NCBI GenBank assembly: GCA_044222475.1
Contig: JBGANF010000004.1
Span: 64,001-128,000 of the forward strand
DNA from: Polyangiaceae bacterium
GTDB taxonomy: Bacteria; Myxococcota_A; Polyangia; Polyangiales; Polyangiaceae
DNA length: 64,000 bases
Direction of reading: 5' to 3'
In this document: in pieces, positions 18,278 to 27,205 of the stretch
Layout: every line of letters begins with the position of its first letter
Position numbering within the stretch: position 1 is the first letter of the stretch
The notes under the pieces: model-generated
What the model was told of the DNA's origin: nothing
Databases searched by the model: none
Seen by the model: only the letters and a program-made list of their open reading frames with translations
Translations under genes and position numbers: made by a program

Positions 18278-20194
18278 GTGACGGAGGAAGGCATGGCCGA
18301 TGGCGGGGGCGTCGTCGCTCTCGCGCGCGCGATGTCGCAGCCCGTCGTCCTCGTCCGCGGCGGAACGATCTCGTTCGCGAACGACGCCTTCGCTGCCGCG
18401 TTCAGCCTGCCGGCCGACTTCGTCGTCGGACGTCCTTTCGGAGCTCTCGTCGCCGACGAGGACCGCGCCCGAGTCGAGAGTCACCTCGTCCACGGCGCTG
18501 GCGGGCCACTCCGCACCGCGGTCGTGAGCGCCGAAGCGGAGCGCATCCCGGTTCTCGTGTCGTGCAACGCGCTCGCGAACCGGACGAGCCTCGTCACCAT
18601 CGCCATCGACGAACAGGCGCGGCGAGACGTCGTCCTTTCACGCGAGCTCCTCCGTCTGTCGGCGAGCCTCTTCGTCGCCCGATCCGCCGACGAGATCCGC
18701 GAGCTGACGATCGGCGCGCTCGCCCGAGCCGGCTTCCGCGCGAGCTTCGCCGACGAGCCTCCGAGCGACAACACCCGACATACGCTGGCGACCGACGAGC
18801 TCGCCTTCAGCGCCGACGATCGCACGACGGTGCTGCTCCCCGTCGACGAAACCGGCAACGCGCTCGTGGTGACCGCCAACGAGGCCATCACGACGCATCA
18901 GAGCTACACGTTCACGCTGTTCTCCCGCGTCCTCCGATCGGCGTTGAACGACGTCCGCGCGGCCGAGCTCGCCCGGCGTGAGCTGGAGGACGCTCAGGGC
19001 CTCATCGAGCTCGCTCGCACCACGTCGAGCACGCTCGAGCTCGAGGCGGTCATGAGCCTCACGTGCGATGCGATGGTGCGCTTCCTCGACATGAGCAACT
19101 GCTTCTTGCTGCTGGTGGACGAGCAAGCACGCACGCTGGTCGGTGCCGCTTCGTCGATCGAGCATCGAGAGCGGTCCCTCGCGATCCGGGTCGCCATCGA
19201 CGACCCCGTCAGCCTCGCGGCGCGGTGCGCGCGAGAGCTCGTGCCGATCGTCATCGAGAACGCGGAGACGGACCCGAGAGCCAGCCGATCGGTCTTCGTC
19301 CGCGAGTTCAAGGAGAAGGCCCTCGTCGTGGTGCCGATGGTGACGCGGGGCCACCTCATCGGGGTCACCATCCTCGACGACGTGCGGGCCGCCCGTGAGT
19401 TCCCGCCGAGCTGGCTCGCCCGCGCCGAGGCTGCGGTCGCACAGGTCGGCTTGGCGATCGCGAACGCGAAGCTCTACGAGTCGCTGCGCACGAGCTACGC
19501 CGAGCTCGCCCACACGCGCGCAGCGATGGTCAAACGCGAGCGGCTCGCCGCTCTCGGCGAGCTGTCGGCCATCGTCGCTCACGAAGTCCGCAATCCGCTT
19601 GGCGTGATCTACAACGCCGTGAGCTCGCTCCGGAAGCTGGTCGGATCCAGCGCGGACGCCACCGTCCTCGTCGACATCGTCGAGGAGGAGTGCCGACGCC
19701 TCAACCAGATCGTCGGCGACCTCATCGACTTCGCGCGACCCCGTCAGCTCTCGATGCAGCCGGAGTCGCTCTCGCGCGTGATCCAGGAGGCCCTCGACCA
19801 AGCTGCCGCGCAGCCGGACGCGGCGTCGGTACGCTTCGTCGTCGACCTGGACGATTCACTCCCCTTGATCGCCATGGATCGGCGTCTGCTCCGTCAGGCC
19901 CTGACGAACATCGCGCTGAACGGCGTGCAGTCGATGCCCCGAGGAGGGACGCTCCGCGTGAAAGCTCGCGTGGGAGAGGGCGCCGCCGTCGTCGACGTGG
20001 CCGACAACGGCATCGGCATCGCGGAGGACGTCCTCCCGCGCATCTTCGAGCCGTTCTTCACGACGAAGGCAAAGGGCTCGGGGCTCGGGCTCGCGGTGGT
20101 CAAGCGCATCGTCGAAGATCACGGCGGGCTGATCAGCGTTCGCTCGGTCCTGGGCGAAGGCACGGCTTTCTGCGTGCGACTCCCGATTCCTTGA
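18278..20194 (+). CDS. PAS/GAF sensor histidine kinase
   Basis: PAS-like N-terminus, GAF domain, H-box AHEVRNPL, DNGIGI, FEPFFTTKAKGSGLGL. Confidence 0.92.
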   Translation: MTEEGMADGGGVVALARAMSQPVVLVRGGTISFANDAFAAAFSLPADFVVGRPFGALVADEDRARVESHLVHGAGGPLRTAVVSAEAERIPVLVSCNALANRTSLVTIAIDEQARRDVVLSRELLRLSASLFVARSADEIRELTIGALARAGFRASFADEPPSDNTRHTLATDELAFSADDRTTVLLPVDETGNALVVTANEAITTHQSYTFTLFSRVLRSALNDVRAAELARRELEDAQGLIELARTTSSTLELEAVMSLTCDAMVRFLDMSNCFLLLVDEQARTLVGAASSIEHRERSLAIRVAIDDPVSLAARCARELVPIVIENAETDPRASRSVFVREFKEKALVVVPMVTRGHLIGVTILDDVRAAREFPPSWLARAEAAVAQVGLAIANAKLYESLRTSYAELAHTRAAMVKRERLAALGELSAIVAHEVRNPLGVIYNAVSSLRKLVGSSADATVLVDIVEEECRRLNQIVGDLIDFARPRQLSMQPESLSRVIQEALDQAAAQPDAASVRFVVDLDDSLPLIAMDRRLLRQALTNIALNGVQSMPRGGTLRVKARVGEGAAVVDVADNGIGIAEDVLPRIFEPFFTTKAKGSGLGLAVVKRIVEDHGGLISVRSVLGEGTAFCVRLPIP

Positions 20195-20228
20195 CGTCCC
20201 TGCTAAGGTGCTTCGCTCGCGACCCATC

Positions 20229-22160
20229 ATGACCAAGCCGAAGTCGAGCGCACTGTCCTTCCTGACTCCGGGGAAGGCGTTCGCGGCGAAGGAGAAGCCG
20301 CCGCCCGAGCCGGCGTTCTACCGACGGCGACGGCGACGCGCGAACGAGCTCTGTCAGATCCTGCTCCGCAACGGCGACGTCACGGCCGACGCCGTTCGCG
20401 CCGGCCTCCGAAGACAAGAGGAGCAAGGCGGGCAGATCGGCCAGATCCTCGTTCGGATGGGGGCGACGTCCAACCAGGCCCTCGCCCGTGCGCTGCTCGA
20501 GCAGTTCCGCACCGCGCGCACCGAGGCGACGAGAAAACCCTCGCTCGACGCGCGCGAAGGGCCCGTCGCCGGTCTCAAGGTCGAGTGCAGCCCGCTGCGC
20601 ACGGTCTCGTGCCTCGTCCTCGCGGACCTCTTCTCGCTCGGTCTGTCCGCGTCGCTCGGCTTGGCTCTCGTCTACCTCAACACCAACCAGGTGTTTCTCC
20701 AGGACGTGGTGCGCGTCGTCCCGGTCGTCGTGCTGACGATGATGGCGTTCGCCGCGCTCCGCCTCTACTCGTCGCAACCGCACGCACCGTCGGAGAAGCT
20801 CCGCAACACGACGCTCTCGATCTCGCTCGTCGTCGCCGGAGTCGGCGCGATGGCGATCATCGGGAAGCGCGCGACCCACGTGTGGACCCCGTGGTCGCTT
20901 CTCTTGGTGTGGGCGTTCGCGATCTTCGTCGTACCGATCGTGCGCGCGCGGGTACGAGCCCAGTTTGCCCGCCGGCCGTGGTGGGGTCACCCCGTCGTCG
21001 TCCTCGGCGCGGGCAAGACCGGACGACTGCTCGTTCGCACCCTCCGTCGCCACCCCGAGTTCGGCTTGAAGCCCGTCTGTCTCCTCGACGACGACCCCCG
21101 CAAGCAGGGCACGCTGCGCGCCACGTTCGACGAGGACGTGGAAGATCTCAAGCTGCAGTCCCTGCCCAAGGTGCCACTGGCCACCTCCGAGATCGACGAC
21201 GTCGATCTCGACGGACCTCCGCCGGCCGCCGAATCGCCGGCCGAGGACGAGCTCCCTGGGGTCGTGCTTCCGAAGGCACGCGGCATGTTCTCCGAGGTCG
21301 AAGGCGTGCCGATCCTCGGCGCGCTCGACCTCGCGCCCCTGCTCGCGCGCCGGTTGAACATCCCCTACGCGATCGTCGCGATGCCGGGCGTGAGCTCGCG
21401 CAAGCTCTTGCACCTCACCGAGCGCGTCGGAGGTCTCTTCTCCCACATCCTCGTCATCCCGGACCTCTTCGGATTCGCGAGCCTCGGCGTCCCCGCGAAG
21501 GACATCGGCGGCGTCCTCGGGATCGAGGTCCGACAAGAGCTGCTGCTCCCCTGGCCACGGTTCTTGAAGCGCTTGATGGACGTGTCGCTCACGGTGCTCG
21601 GCGTCCTCGCGATCTCGCCGATCCTGATCACGCTCGCGATCCTCATCAAGCTCGACTCGCGCGGCCCCGTCGTCTACTGGCAGGAGCGCCTCGGGCGCGA
21701 CGGCTCACGCTTTCGCGCCGCGAAGTTCCGCACGATGTACGGAGACGGCGAGCAGCGCCTCAAGGCCGTCCTCGAGAGCGACCCCAAGCTGAAGGCGGAG
21801 TACGAGGAGTTTCACAAGCTCTCCTTCGACCCTCGCGTCACCCGCATCGGACGCGTGCTCCGCAAGTACAGCCTCGACGAGCTGCCCCAGCTCTGGAACG
21901 TGTTGCGAGGCGAGATGAGCCTGGTGGGCCCTCGGCCGTACCTCGAGCGCGAGGTCCCGGAGATGCATCAGCAGGAGACGATCATCCTGCGCGCGATGCC
22001 CGGCATGACCGGCCTCTGGCAGGTCGGCGACCGAAACGCGACCGGCTTCGCCGAGCGCCTCCGGACCGACGTGCACTACGTCCGAAACTGGTCGCCGTGG
22101 CTCGACGTCTACATCATCGCGCGCACGTTCGGGGTCGTGATTGCGGGGACGGGTTCGTGA
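20229..22160 (+). CDS. Priming polyprenyl glycosylphosphotransferase (WbaP/EpsZ-like) with N-terminal MshEN-like module
   Basis: Transmembrane region, [14 protein letters not shown]...KFRTM...[37 protein letters not shown]...PGMTGLWQV. Confidence 0.92.
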   Translation: MTKPKSSALSFLTPGKAFAAKEKPPPEPAFYRRRRRRANELCQILLRNGDVTADAVRAGLRRQEEQGGQIGQILVRMGATSNQALARALLEQFRTARTEATRKPSLDAREGPVAGLKVECSPLRTVSCLVLADLFSLGLSASLGLALVYLNTNQVFLQDVVRVVPVVVLTMMAFAALRLYSSQPHAPSEKLRNTTLSISLVVAGVGAMAIIGKRATHVWTPWSLLLVWAFAIFVVPIVRARVRAQFARRPWWGHPVVVLGAGKTGRLLVRTLRRHPEFGLKPVCLLDDDPRKQGTLRATFDEDVEDLKLQSLPKVPLATSEIDDVDLDGPPPAAESPAEDELPGVVLPKARGMFSEVEGVPILGALDLAPLLARRLNIPYAIVAMPGVSSRKLLHLTERVGGLFSHILVIPDLFGFASLGVPAKDIGGVLGIEVRQELLLPWPRFLKRLMDVSLTVLGVLAISPILITLAILIKLDSRGPVVYWQERLGRDGSRFRAAKFRTMYGDGEQRLKAVLESDPKLKAEYEEFHKLSFDPRVTRIGRVLRKYSLDELPQLWNVLRGEMSLVGPRPYLEREVPEMHQQETIILRAMPGMTGLWQVGDRNATGFAERLRTDVHYVRNWSPWLDVYIIARTFGVVIAGTGS

Positions 22161-22190
22161 CCACCCGAAGTTGAGGTAGGCTGCGGCGCG

Positions 22191-22793
22191 ATGCGTGCTC
22201 GAACGGCAATCCTCGGCTTCCTCCTCGTCGTGCTCGTCGGCTGCGCGCCTTCCGGGGCCTGGGTATGGGTCAAAGACGCGCCCGCGACCCCCACGCAGGA
22301 GGGCGAAGGCTATCGAATGACGACCGGCGACACGGTCAGCGTCCGGGTCTTCGGTCAAGACAACCTCTCGACCAGGGCGCGCATTCGCCCGGACGGGATG
22401 ATCGCGGTCCCGATCGTCGGTGACGTGCTCTTCCGCAACCGCCGTCCCGGTGACGTCGCGGCCGAGCTCGAAGCACAGCTCAAGGCCTACGTGGTCACCC
22501 CTCACGTCACGATCACGATCGAGGAGTCGCAGCCGTTCACCGTCACGGTCGTCGGAGAGGTCGCGCACCCGGCCACGGTGGTCGTGAACCCCAACAGCGG
22601 CGTGCTCCAAGCGCTCGCCGCAGCCGGCGGGTTCACCGACTACGCCGATCGCGATCGCATCTTCGTCGTTCGCAAACAGGACGGCGGAAAAGCCCCGTTG
22701 CGGGTTCGCTTCTCGTACTCGGACCTCGCCCAAGCCGAGCCCCATGCCGTGGGCTTCGTCCTCTCGCCGGGCGACGTCGTCGTCGTCGACTGA
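22191..22793 (+). CDS. Short OPX (Wza-family) polysaccharide export lipoprotein, EpsY-like
   Basis: LVGC lipobox; GDTVSVRVFG...IRPDGMIAVPIVGD; VVGEVAHP...ALAAAGG; ends LSPGDVVVVD with no C-terminal helix. Confidence 0.88.
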   Translation: MRARTAILGFLLVVLVGCAPSGAWVWVKDAPATPTQEGEGYRMTTGDTVSVRVFGQDNLSTRARIRPDGMIAVPIVGDVLFRNRRPGDVAAELEAQLKAYVVTPHVTITIEESQPFTVTVVGEVAHPATVVVNPNSGVLQALAAAGGFTDYADRDRIFVVRKQDGGKAPLRVRFSYSDLAQAEPHAVGFVLSPGDVVVVD

Positions 22794-22794
22794 C

Positions 22795-23964
22795 GTGCTC
22801 CCACTCCTCGCCACCCCGCTCGTCGGAGTCGTCGAAGTCGGCGAACGAACGGAGACGCGCGTCCGCGGGTCGAGCCTCGGAGTTCAGACCGACGCCGAGG
22901 CAGGCTTCCGCTTTCGACTCGGCCTGCACGGGCGCCGCGTGGAGCTCGCACTGTCCGTCGCGCCGCGCGTCACCGCGTTCTCCTGGGCCGACTCCCAGCG
23001 CGCGGTGCTCGCGAGCACGCCGGGGCAGATCGCGATCGGGTACCGCGAGCGTCACTACGGGATCTTCCTCTCCGGCGACGGCAGCTATGGGCTCGAGAAC
23101 TACGCGACGCTTCGCTACCCGACCGCCGCCGTTCTCCCTGGAGCGCCGCCCGGCCAACCGGTGCCGCCGCAGACGCTCCCTACCCTGCCCGGCGCGGACA
23201 CCATCGCCTACGTCGGCGCGCGCGGCGCGCTCTCCGCGTACCAAGTGCCCACCGCGCGCTGGGTCGTGACCGAAGCCGCTGCGTTCGAGGCCAGCGGCGG
23301 CGCGACGACGACGTCGCGCGGGTTCGTCCCATTTCAGTACGGGCCGCGGCTCGCGCTGTCGCTCGATCATCGCGTGACCCGACAGGATCACCTCGGCGCA
23401 TCGGCCGATGCGCAGGTGTCTCGCTTCTCGACCGGGGCGGACGTCGGGCTCGCGACGGTCGTCGTGCGCTATGCGCGCGACGTCGCCCGGGGGACGACCC
23501 TCTCGATCGGCGGCGGAGCCAGCGGCGCCGCGTTCCGCACCGAGCCGAACCCCTTTCGCTTGGTCCCGTTCGGCGTGGGCGAGATCTCGGTCGCGCACCA
23601 TCGAGGGTTCCTCGGACATCGCCTCGATCTCGACGGCGCCGTCCGGTTCGCGCCCACCGTCGACCGCATCGCCGCCGTCGTCGACCCGCGCATCAGCGCC
23701 GCCATCAACGCCATCTACACGACCCGCGCCGTGATCGTGCGCGTCTCCGCGAGCTTCGCCCAGTCCGTCCTCGCCGACTCGACCGCCCGAATCACCGCGT
23801 TCGGCACCGAGGCGACGGTCCGCGTGCCGATCACCCGAGCCGTCGGCCTGGAGGGCGGCCCGCGGCTCGCGATCCAGTCGTTTCAGGGCGCGATCTTCAA
23901 TAGCTTCGCGTTCTTCTTGGCGCTGGATCTACACCCCGACATGCTACATTTTCGCACACCATGA
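22795..23964 (+). CDS. Putative outer-membrane beta-barrel of the EPS export system (EpsX-like)
   Basis: Lies between the short OPX and the co-polymerase; amphipathic beta-strand pattern. Start approximate. Confidence 0.6.
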   Translation: MLPLLATPLVGVVEVGERTETRVRGSSLGVQTDAEAGFRFRLGLHGRRVELALSVAPRVTAFSWADSQRAVLASTPGQIAIGYRERHYGIFLSGDGSYGLENYATLRYPTAAVLPGAPPGQPVPPQTLPTLPGADTIAYVGARGALSAYQVPTARWVVTEAAAFEASGGATTTSRGFVPFQYGPRLALSLDHRVTRQDHLGASADAQVSRFSTGADVGLATVVVRYARDVARGTTLSIGGGASGAAFRTEPNPFRLVPFGVGEISVAHHRGFLGHRLDLDGAVRFAPTVDRIAAVVDPRISAAINAIYTTRAVIVRVSASFAQSVLADSTARITAFGTEATVRVPITRAVGLEGGPRLAIQSFQGAIFNSFAFFLALDLHPDMLHFRTP

Positions 23965-25451
23965 CCTCTGACGACCCGGAGGAGCACGACGAGGAAGAAG
24001 GTACGAGCCCACTCGAGTGGGCTCGCTTCGCCGGTCGTGCCGCCAAACGGCGCCAGCGCCTGTCGCTCGGCATCGGGCTGGTGGGGGTGGTCCTCACCAT
24101 CGCCTCCGTGGTGCTCTGGCCGCGCAGCTTCACGACGGACACGAAGATCACGGTCGAGCGCAACGTGGTGATGCCGGCCATCGCCGACCCGCACCGCTCG
24201 ATCCCGGTCGACTACGACGCCCCCACCAAGGGCGCCCAAGACACCATCTTCGCGCGCGAAAACCTCGAGAAGCTCGTCCGCGAGACCAACCTGGTGGCGC
24301 GCTGGCAGGAGAATCGGCCGCCGATCCTCCGCGCGAAGGACGCCGTGATGGGCATCGTCCGCGCGCCCATGTCCGATGGGGATCGCGAGCGAGCGCTCGT
24401 CGCGATCCTCGAGAAGCAGCTCCACGTGACCGTCGAGCCGAACTCCGTCGCCATCAGCGTCGACTGGTCCGACGCGCAGACCGCATACGACATCGCGTCG
24501 GCCGTCGAGAAGAGCTTCCTCGACTCGCGCCGCGCGGTCGAGGTGAACGTCATCTCCGAGGCGATCGGGATCCTGGAGCAGCACGCCAACGACGAGCGCG
24601 ACAACGTCGCGAACGCCCTCGCCGAGATGCAGCGCCTCAACGATCTCCACGCCGCCGCTGCGCCGCCGCCCGGCACGAACGGAGCGCCACCGCGAGCTGT
24701 CGTCCCCGTTCCCGCCGGCACCGTTCGCGTCACGCCGCCGGCCGCAGCGAGCGGAAACGACGACCTCCTTCGTCAGCTCGAGGCGAAGCGAAAGGCCATC
24801 AAGGACATCGAAGACGGGAGAGCTCGCAAGCTCAGCGAGCTCAACGCGCAGCTCGCGGATCTCCGCGCGACGTTGGCCCCCGCCCACCCGCAGGTCATCG
24901 AGCTCGAGCGCAAGCTCGACGCCGCGCGCGAAGAGCCGCAAGAGCTCGTCACGCTGCGCAACGAAGAGCGCGACCTCCTCAGCAAGATCGCCGCCGCGAA
25001 CGAGGTCCGCGGCACCGTCCCGCCAGCACCGACCGTGACCGCGCCGCCAATCGCGACCGCGCCAGCCGTCGTCGCCCCGGTCGAGCCCCAGCCCGGCAAG
25101 CAGGTCCCCGACGCCGACGATCTCCTCCTCGACGTGCAGCGGCAGAAGCTCCAAGCCGCGAACGTGAAGTACCGCGACCTCATGGACCGCATCGACTCGG
25201 CCCGCATCGAGCTCGAGACGGCCCGCGCAGCGTTCAAGTACCGGTACACCGTCGTGCTCGCACCGGAGGTTCCGAAGGCGCCGAAGAAGCCGAACGTCCC
25301 GCTCGTCCTCGCGATCGGGCTGCTCGCTTCGCTCCTCTTGGCGTTCGCCATCCCGCTCGGGGCCGACCTCGCGACCGGCCGCGTCGTCGAGGCGTGGCAA
25401 GCCGAGAAGAAGCTCAAGCTGCCTGTCCTCGGTGAGGTCACGCGGGTATGA
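23961..25451 (+). CDS. Polysaccharide co-polymerase (Wzc/GumC-like, no kinase domain; EpsV-like)
   Basis: N- and C-terminal transmembrane helices, coiled coil with PAHPQV, PKAPKKPN before TM2, ends LKLPVLGEV. Confidence 0.85.
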   Translation: MTSDDPEEHDEEEGTSPLEWARFAGRAAKRRQRLSLGIGLVGVVLTIASVVLWPRSFTTDTKITVERNVVMPAIADPHRSIPVDYDAPTKGAQDTIFARENLEKLVRETNLVARWQENRPPILRAKDAVMGIVRAPMSDGDRERALVAILEKQLHVTVEPNSVAISVDWSDAQTAYDIASAVEKSFLDSRRAVEVNVISEAIGILEQHANDERDNVANALAEMQRLNDLHAAAAPPPGTNGAPPRAVVPVPAGTVRVTPPAAASGNDDLLRQLEAKRKAIKDIEDGRARKLSELNAQLADLRATLAPAHPQVIELERKLDAAREEPQELVTLRNEERDLLSKIAAANEVRGTVPPAPTVTAPPIATAPAVVAPVEPQPGKQVPDADDLLLDVQRQKLQAANVKYRDLMDRIDSARIELETARAAFKYRYTVVLAPEVPKAPKKPNVPLVLAIGLLASLLLAFAIPLGADLATGRVVEAWQAEKKLKLPVLGEVTRV

Positions 25452-26629
25452 GAGCGGCCGGGATCGCGTCGATCCTCCTGTCGCTCCCGATCGCGCTCCC
25501 GAGCGCCTACCTCGGCGCGCTGACGCTCTTCGCCAAGGCCCACCCCACGCCGGATCCGCGGCCGACCCCGACGACGCGCTTCCGCTTCGTGGTCCCCGCC
25601 CACGACGAAGAGCAAGGGATCACCGCGACGGTCGAGAGCTTGCTCGCCGTCGACTACCCGCGCGACCTCTTCGAGGTCGTCGTCGTCGCCGACAACTGCA
25701 GCGACGCCACCGCCGATCGAGCGAGGTCCGCAGGGGCGCGCGTCATCGAGCGGCAGGATCGTACCAAAAAGGGAAAGGGCTACGCCCTCGAGCGCGCCTT
25801 CGACGTGCTGCTCGACGAAGGCGGGGTCGACGCGGTGGTCGTCGTCGACGCCGACACGTCGGTCTCGCCGAACCTCCTCCGCGCGTTCGACCTCCGCGTC
25901 GCGACCGGAGAGGTCGCGATGCAGGCGGAGTACGGCGTGCGCAACGCGGAGGCGTCGTGGCGAACCCGACTCATGACCGTCGCGTTCTCGATCTTCCACG
26001 GGTTGCGGGGCAACGCGCGCGAGCGGCTGGGGCTCTCGGCCGGCCTCCGCGGAAACGGCATGGCGTTCACCACGCGCGCTCTCCGTGACGTGCCGCACCA
26101 GGCGTACTCCCTCGTCGAGGACGTCGAGTACGGGATCCGCCTCGGCCGCGCCGGCCACCGGGTGGCGCACGTCCACGAGGCGCGCGTCTTCGGCGACATG
26201 GTCGCCGGTGAGCAGGCGTCGCGCTCGCAGCGCAAGCGATGGGAGGACGGTCGCAAAAAGCTCCGCGAGGAGCACGCGCTGCCGCTCCTCCGCGAGGCCA
26301 TCGAGAAGCGCAGCCTGCTGCTCTTCGATCTCGCGGCCGATCTGTTGGTGCCGCCGCTGTCGACGCTCGCGGTGGGCGCGGCGGCGGGGCTCGCCGCGTC
26401 GTCGGCGTACTTCGTCCTGCGGCCGAGCCGAGGGCTCGTCGTCGTGATGCCGTGGGCGCTCTCGGCAGCGGCGCTCGCGGCGTACGTCGGGCGCGGGACT
26501 CTCCTCGGACCGGCGGGCGCGCGCGGGCTCCTCGACCTCGCGTACGCGCCGGCGTACGTCGCGTGGAAGGCCCTGTTTCGCAGCCAAGCGACGGCCGACG
26601 AGTGGGTCAGGACCGAGCGGGGCAAATGA
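25448..26629 (+). CDS. Glycosyltransferase family 2
   Basis: VVPAHDEE, VADNCSD, GKGYAL, VDAD, LRGNGM, SLVED, QRKRW. Confidence 0.92.
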   Translation: MRAAGIASILLSLPIALPSAYLGALTLFAKAHPTPDPRPTPTTRFRFVVPAHDEEQGITATVESLLAVDYPRDLFEVVVVADNCSDATADRARSAGARVIERQDRTKKGKGYALERAFDVLLDEGGVDAVVVVDADTSVSPNLLRAFDLRVATGEVAMQAEYGVRNAEASWRTRLMTVAFSIFHGLRGNARERLGLSAGLRGNGMAFTTRALRDVPHQAYSLVEDVEYGIRLGRAGHRVAHVHEARVFGDMVAGEQASRSQRKRWEDGRKKLREEHALPLLREAIEKRSLLLFDLAADLLVPPLSTLAVGAAAGLAASSAYFVLRPSRGLVVVMPWALSAAALAAYVGRGTLLGPAGARGLLDLAYAPAYVAWKALFRSQATADEWVRTERGK

Positions 26630-26653
26630 CCGTGCTATGAATGGCGGCGATCC

Positions 26654-27205
26654 ATGTCCACGAGCACGCCCCCTCCGCCCGGAGCACAGCAGGCCAAGAC
26701 GCCCAGCTTGGCGCCCAAGGCCTCGTGGCGCCCGAGCTCGCGCCCGAACGGACCGTCGAGCCAGATCGACTGGCAGCGCCTCTGGATCCAGCTTCAAAAG
26801 CGGACGTGGCAGACGCTCGGGATCCTCGGCGCGAGCGCGGGCATGAAGAGCTCACCGATGGAGGTCGCCAGCATCCTCGCCGACGTGGGCTGGCAGCACC
26901 TCGGCCAACCGATCCAGACGCTCGACCTTCGCGAGACGCCGCTCAACCTCGTGGAGACGCGGCTCGGGGAGCTTCGGAAGGCCAAGGATCGCGGCGAACG
27001 GGTGTTCGTCGTCCTTTCGCCGACGGTGGACAACCCCTCGACCGTCGCCATCGCCCCTCAGGTCGACGCACTCGTTCTCTGCCTCGTCCTCGGCATCACT
27101 CCGTTGAAGGACGCGCAGAAGACGGTCGAAGAGCTCGGTCACGATCGCTTCCTCGGTAGCGTCGTGCTCAAGAACGCCGTTCGACCGAAGACGAAGAAGA
27201 AATGA
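26654..27205 (+). CDS. Stand-alone BY-kinase-like pseudokinase (WzeX-like)
   Basis: WQRLWIQLQKRTWQTLGIL...VDALVLCLVLG...FLGSVVL fits the CapB/Wzc fold but lacks the Walker A lysine and the Tyr cluster. Confidence 0.7.
   Translation: MSTSTPPPPGAQQAKTPSLAPKASWRPSSRPNGPSSQIDWQRLWIQLQKRTWQTLGILGASAGMKSSPMEVASILADVGWQHLGQPIQTLDLRETPLNLVETRLGELRKAKDRGERVFVVLSPTVDNPSTVAIAPQVDALVLCLVLGITPLKDAQKTVEELGHDRFLGSVVLKNAVRPKTKKK

Noticed and set aside
26654..27205. Pseudogene of a Wzc tyrosine kinase
   Set aside because: The ORF is intact and coupled to the next gene; stand-alone pseudokinases are a known part of myxobacterial EPS systems.
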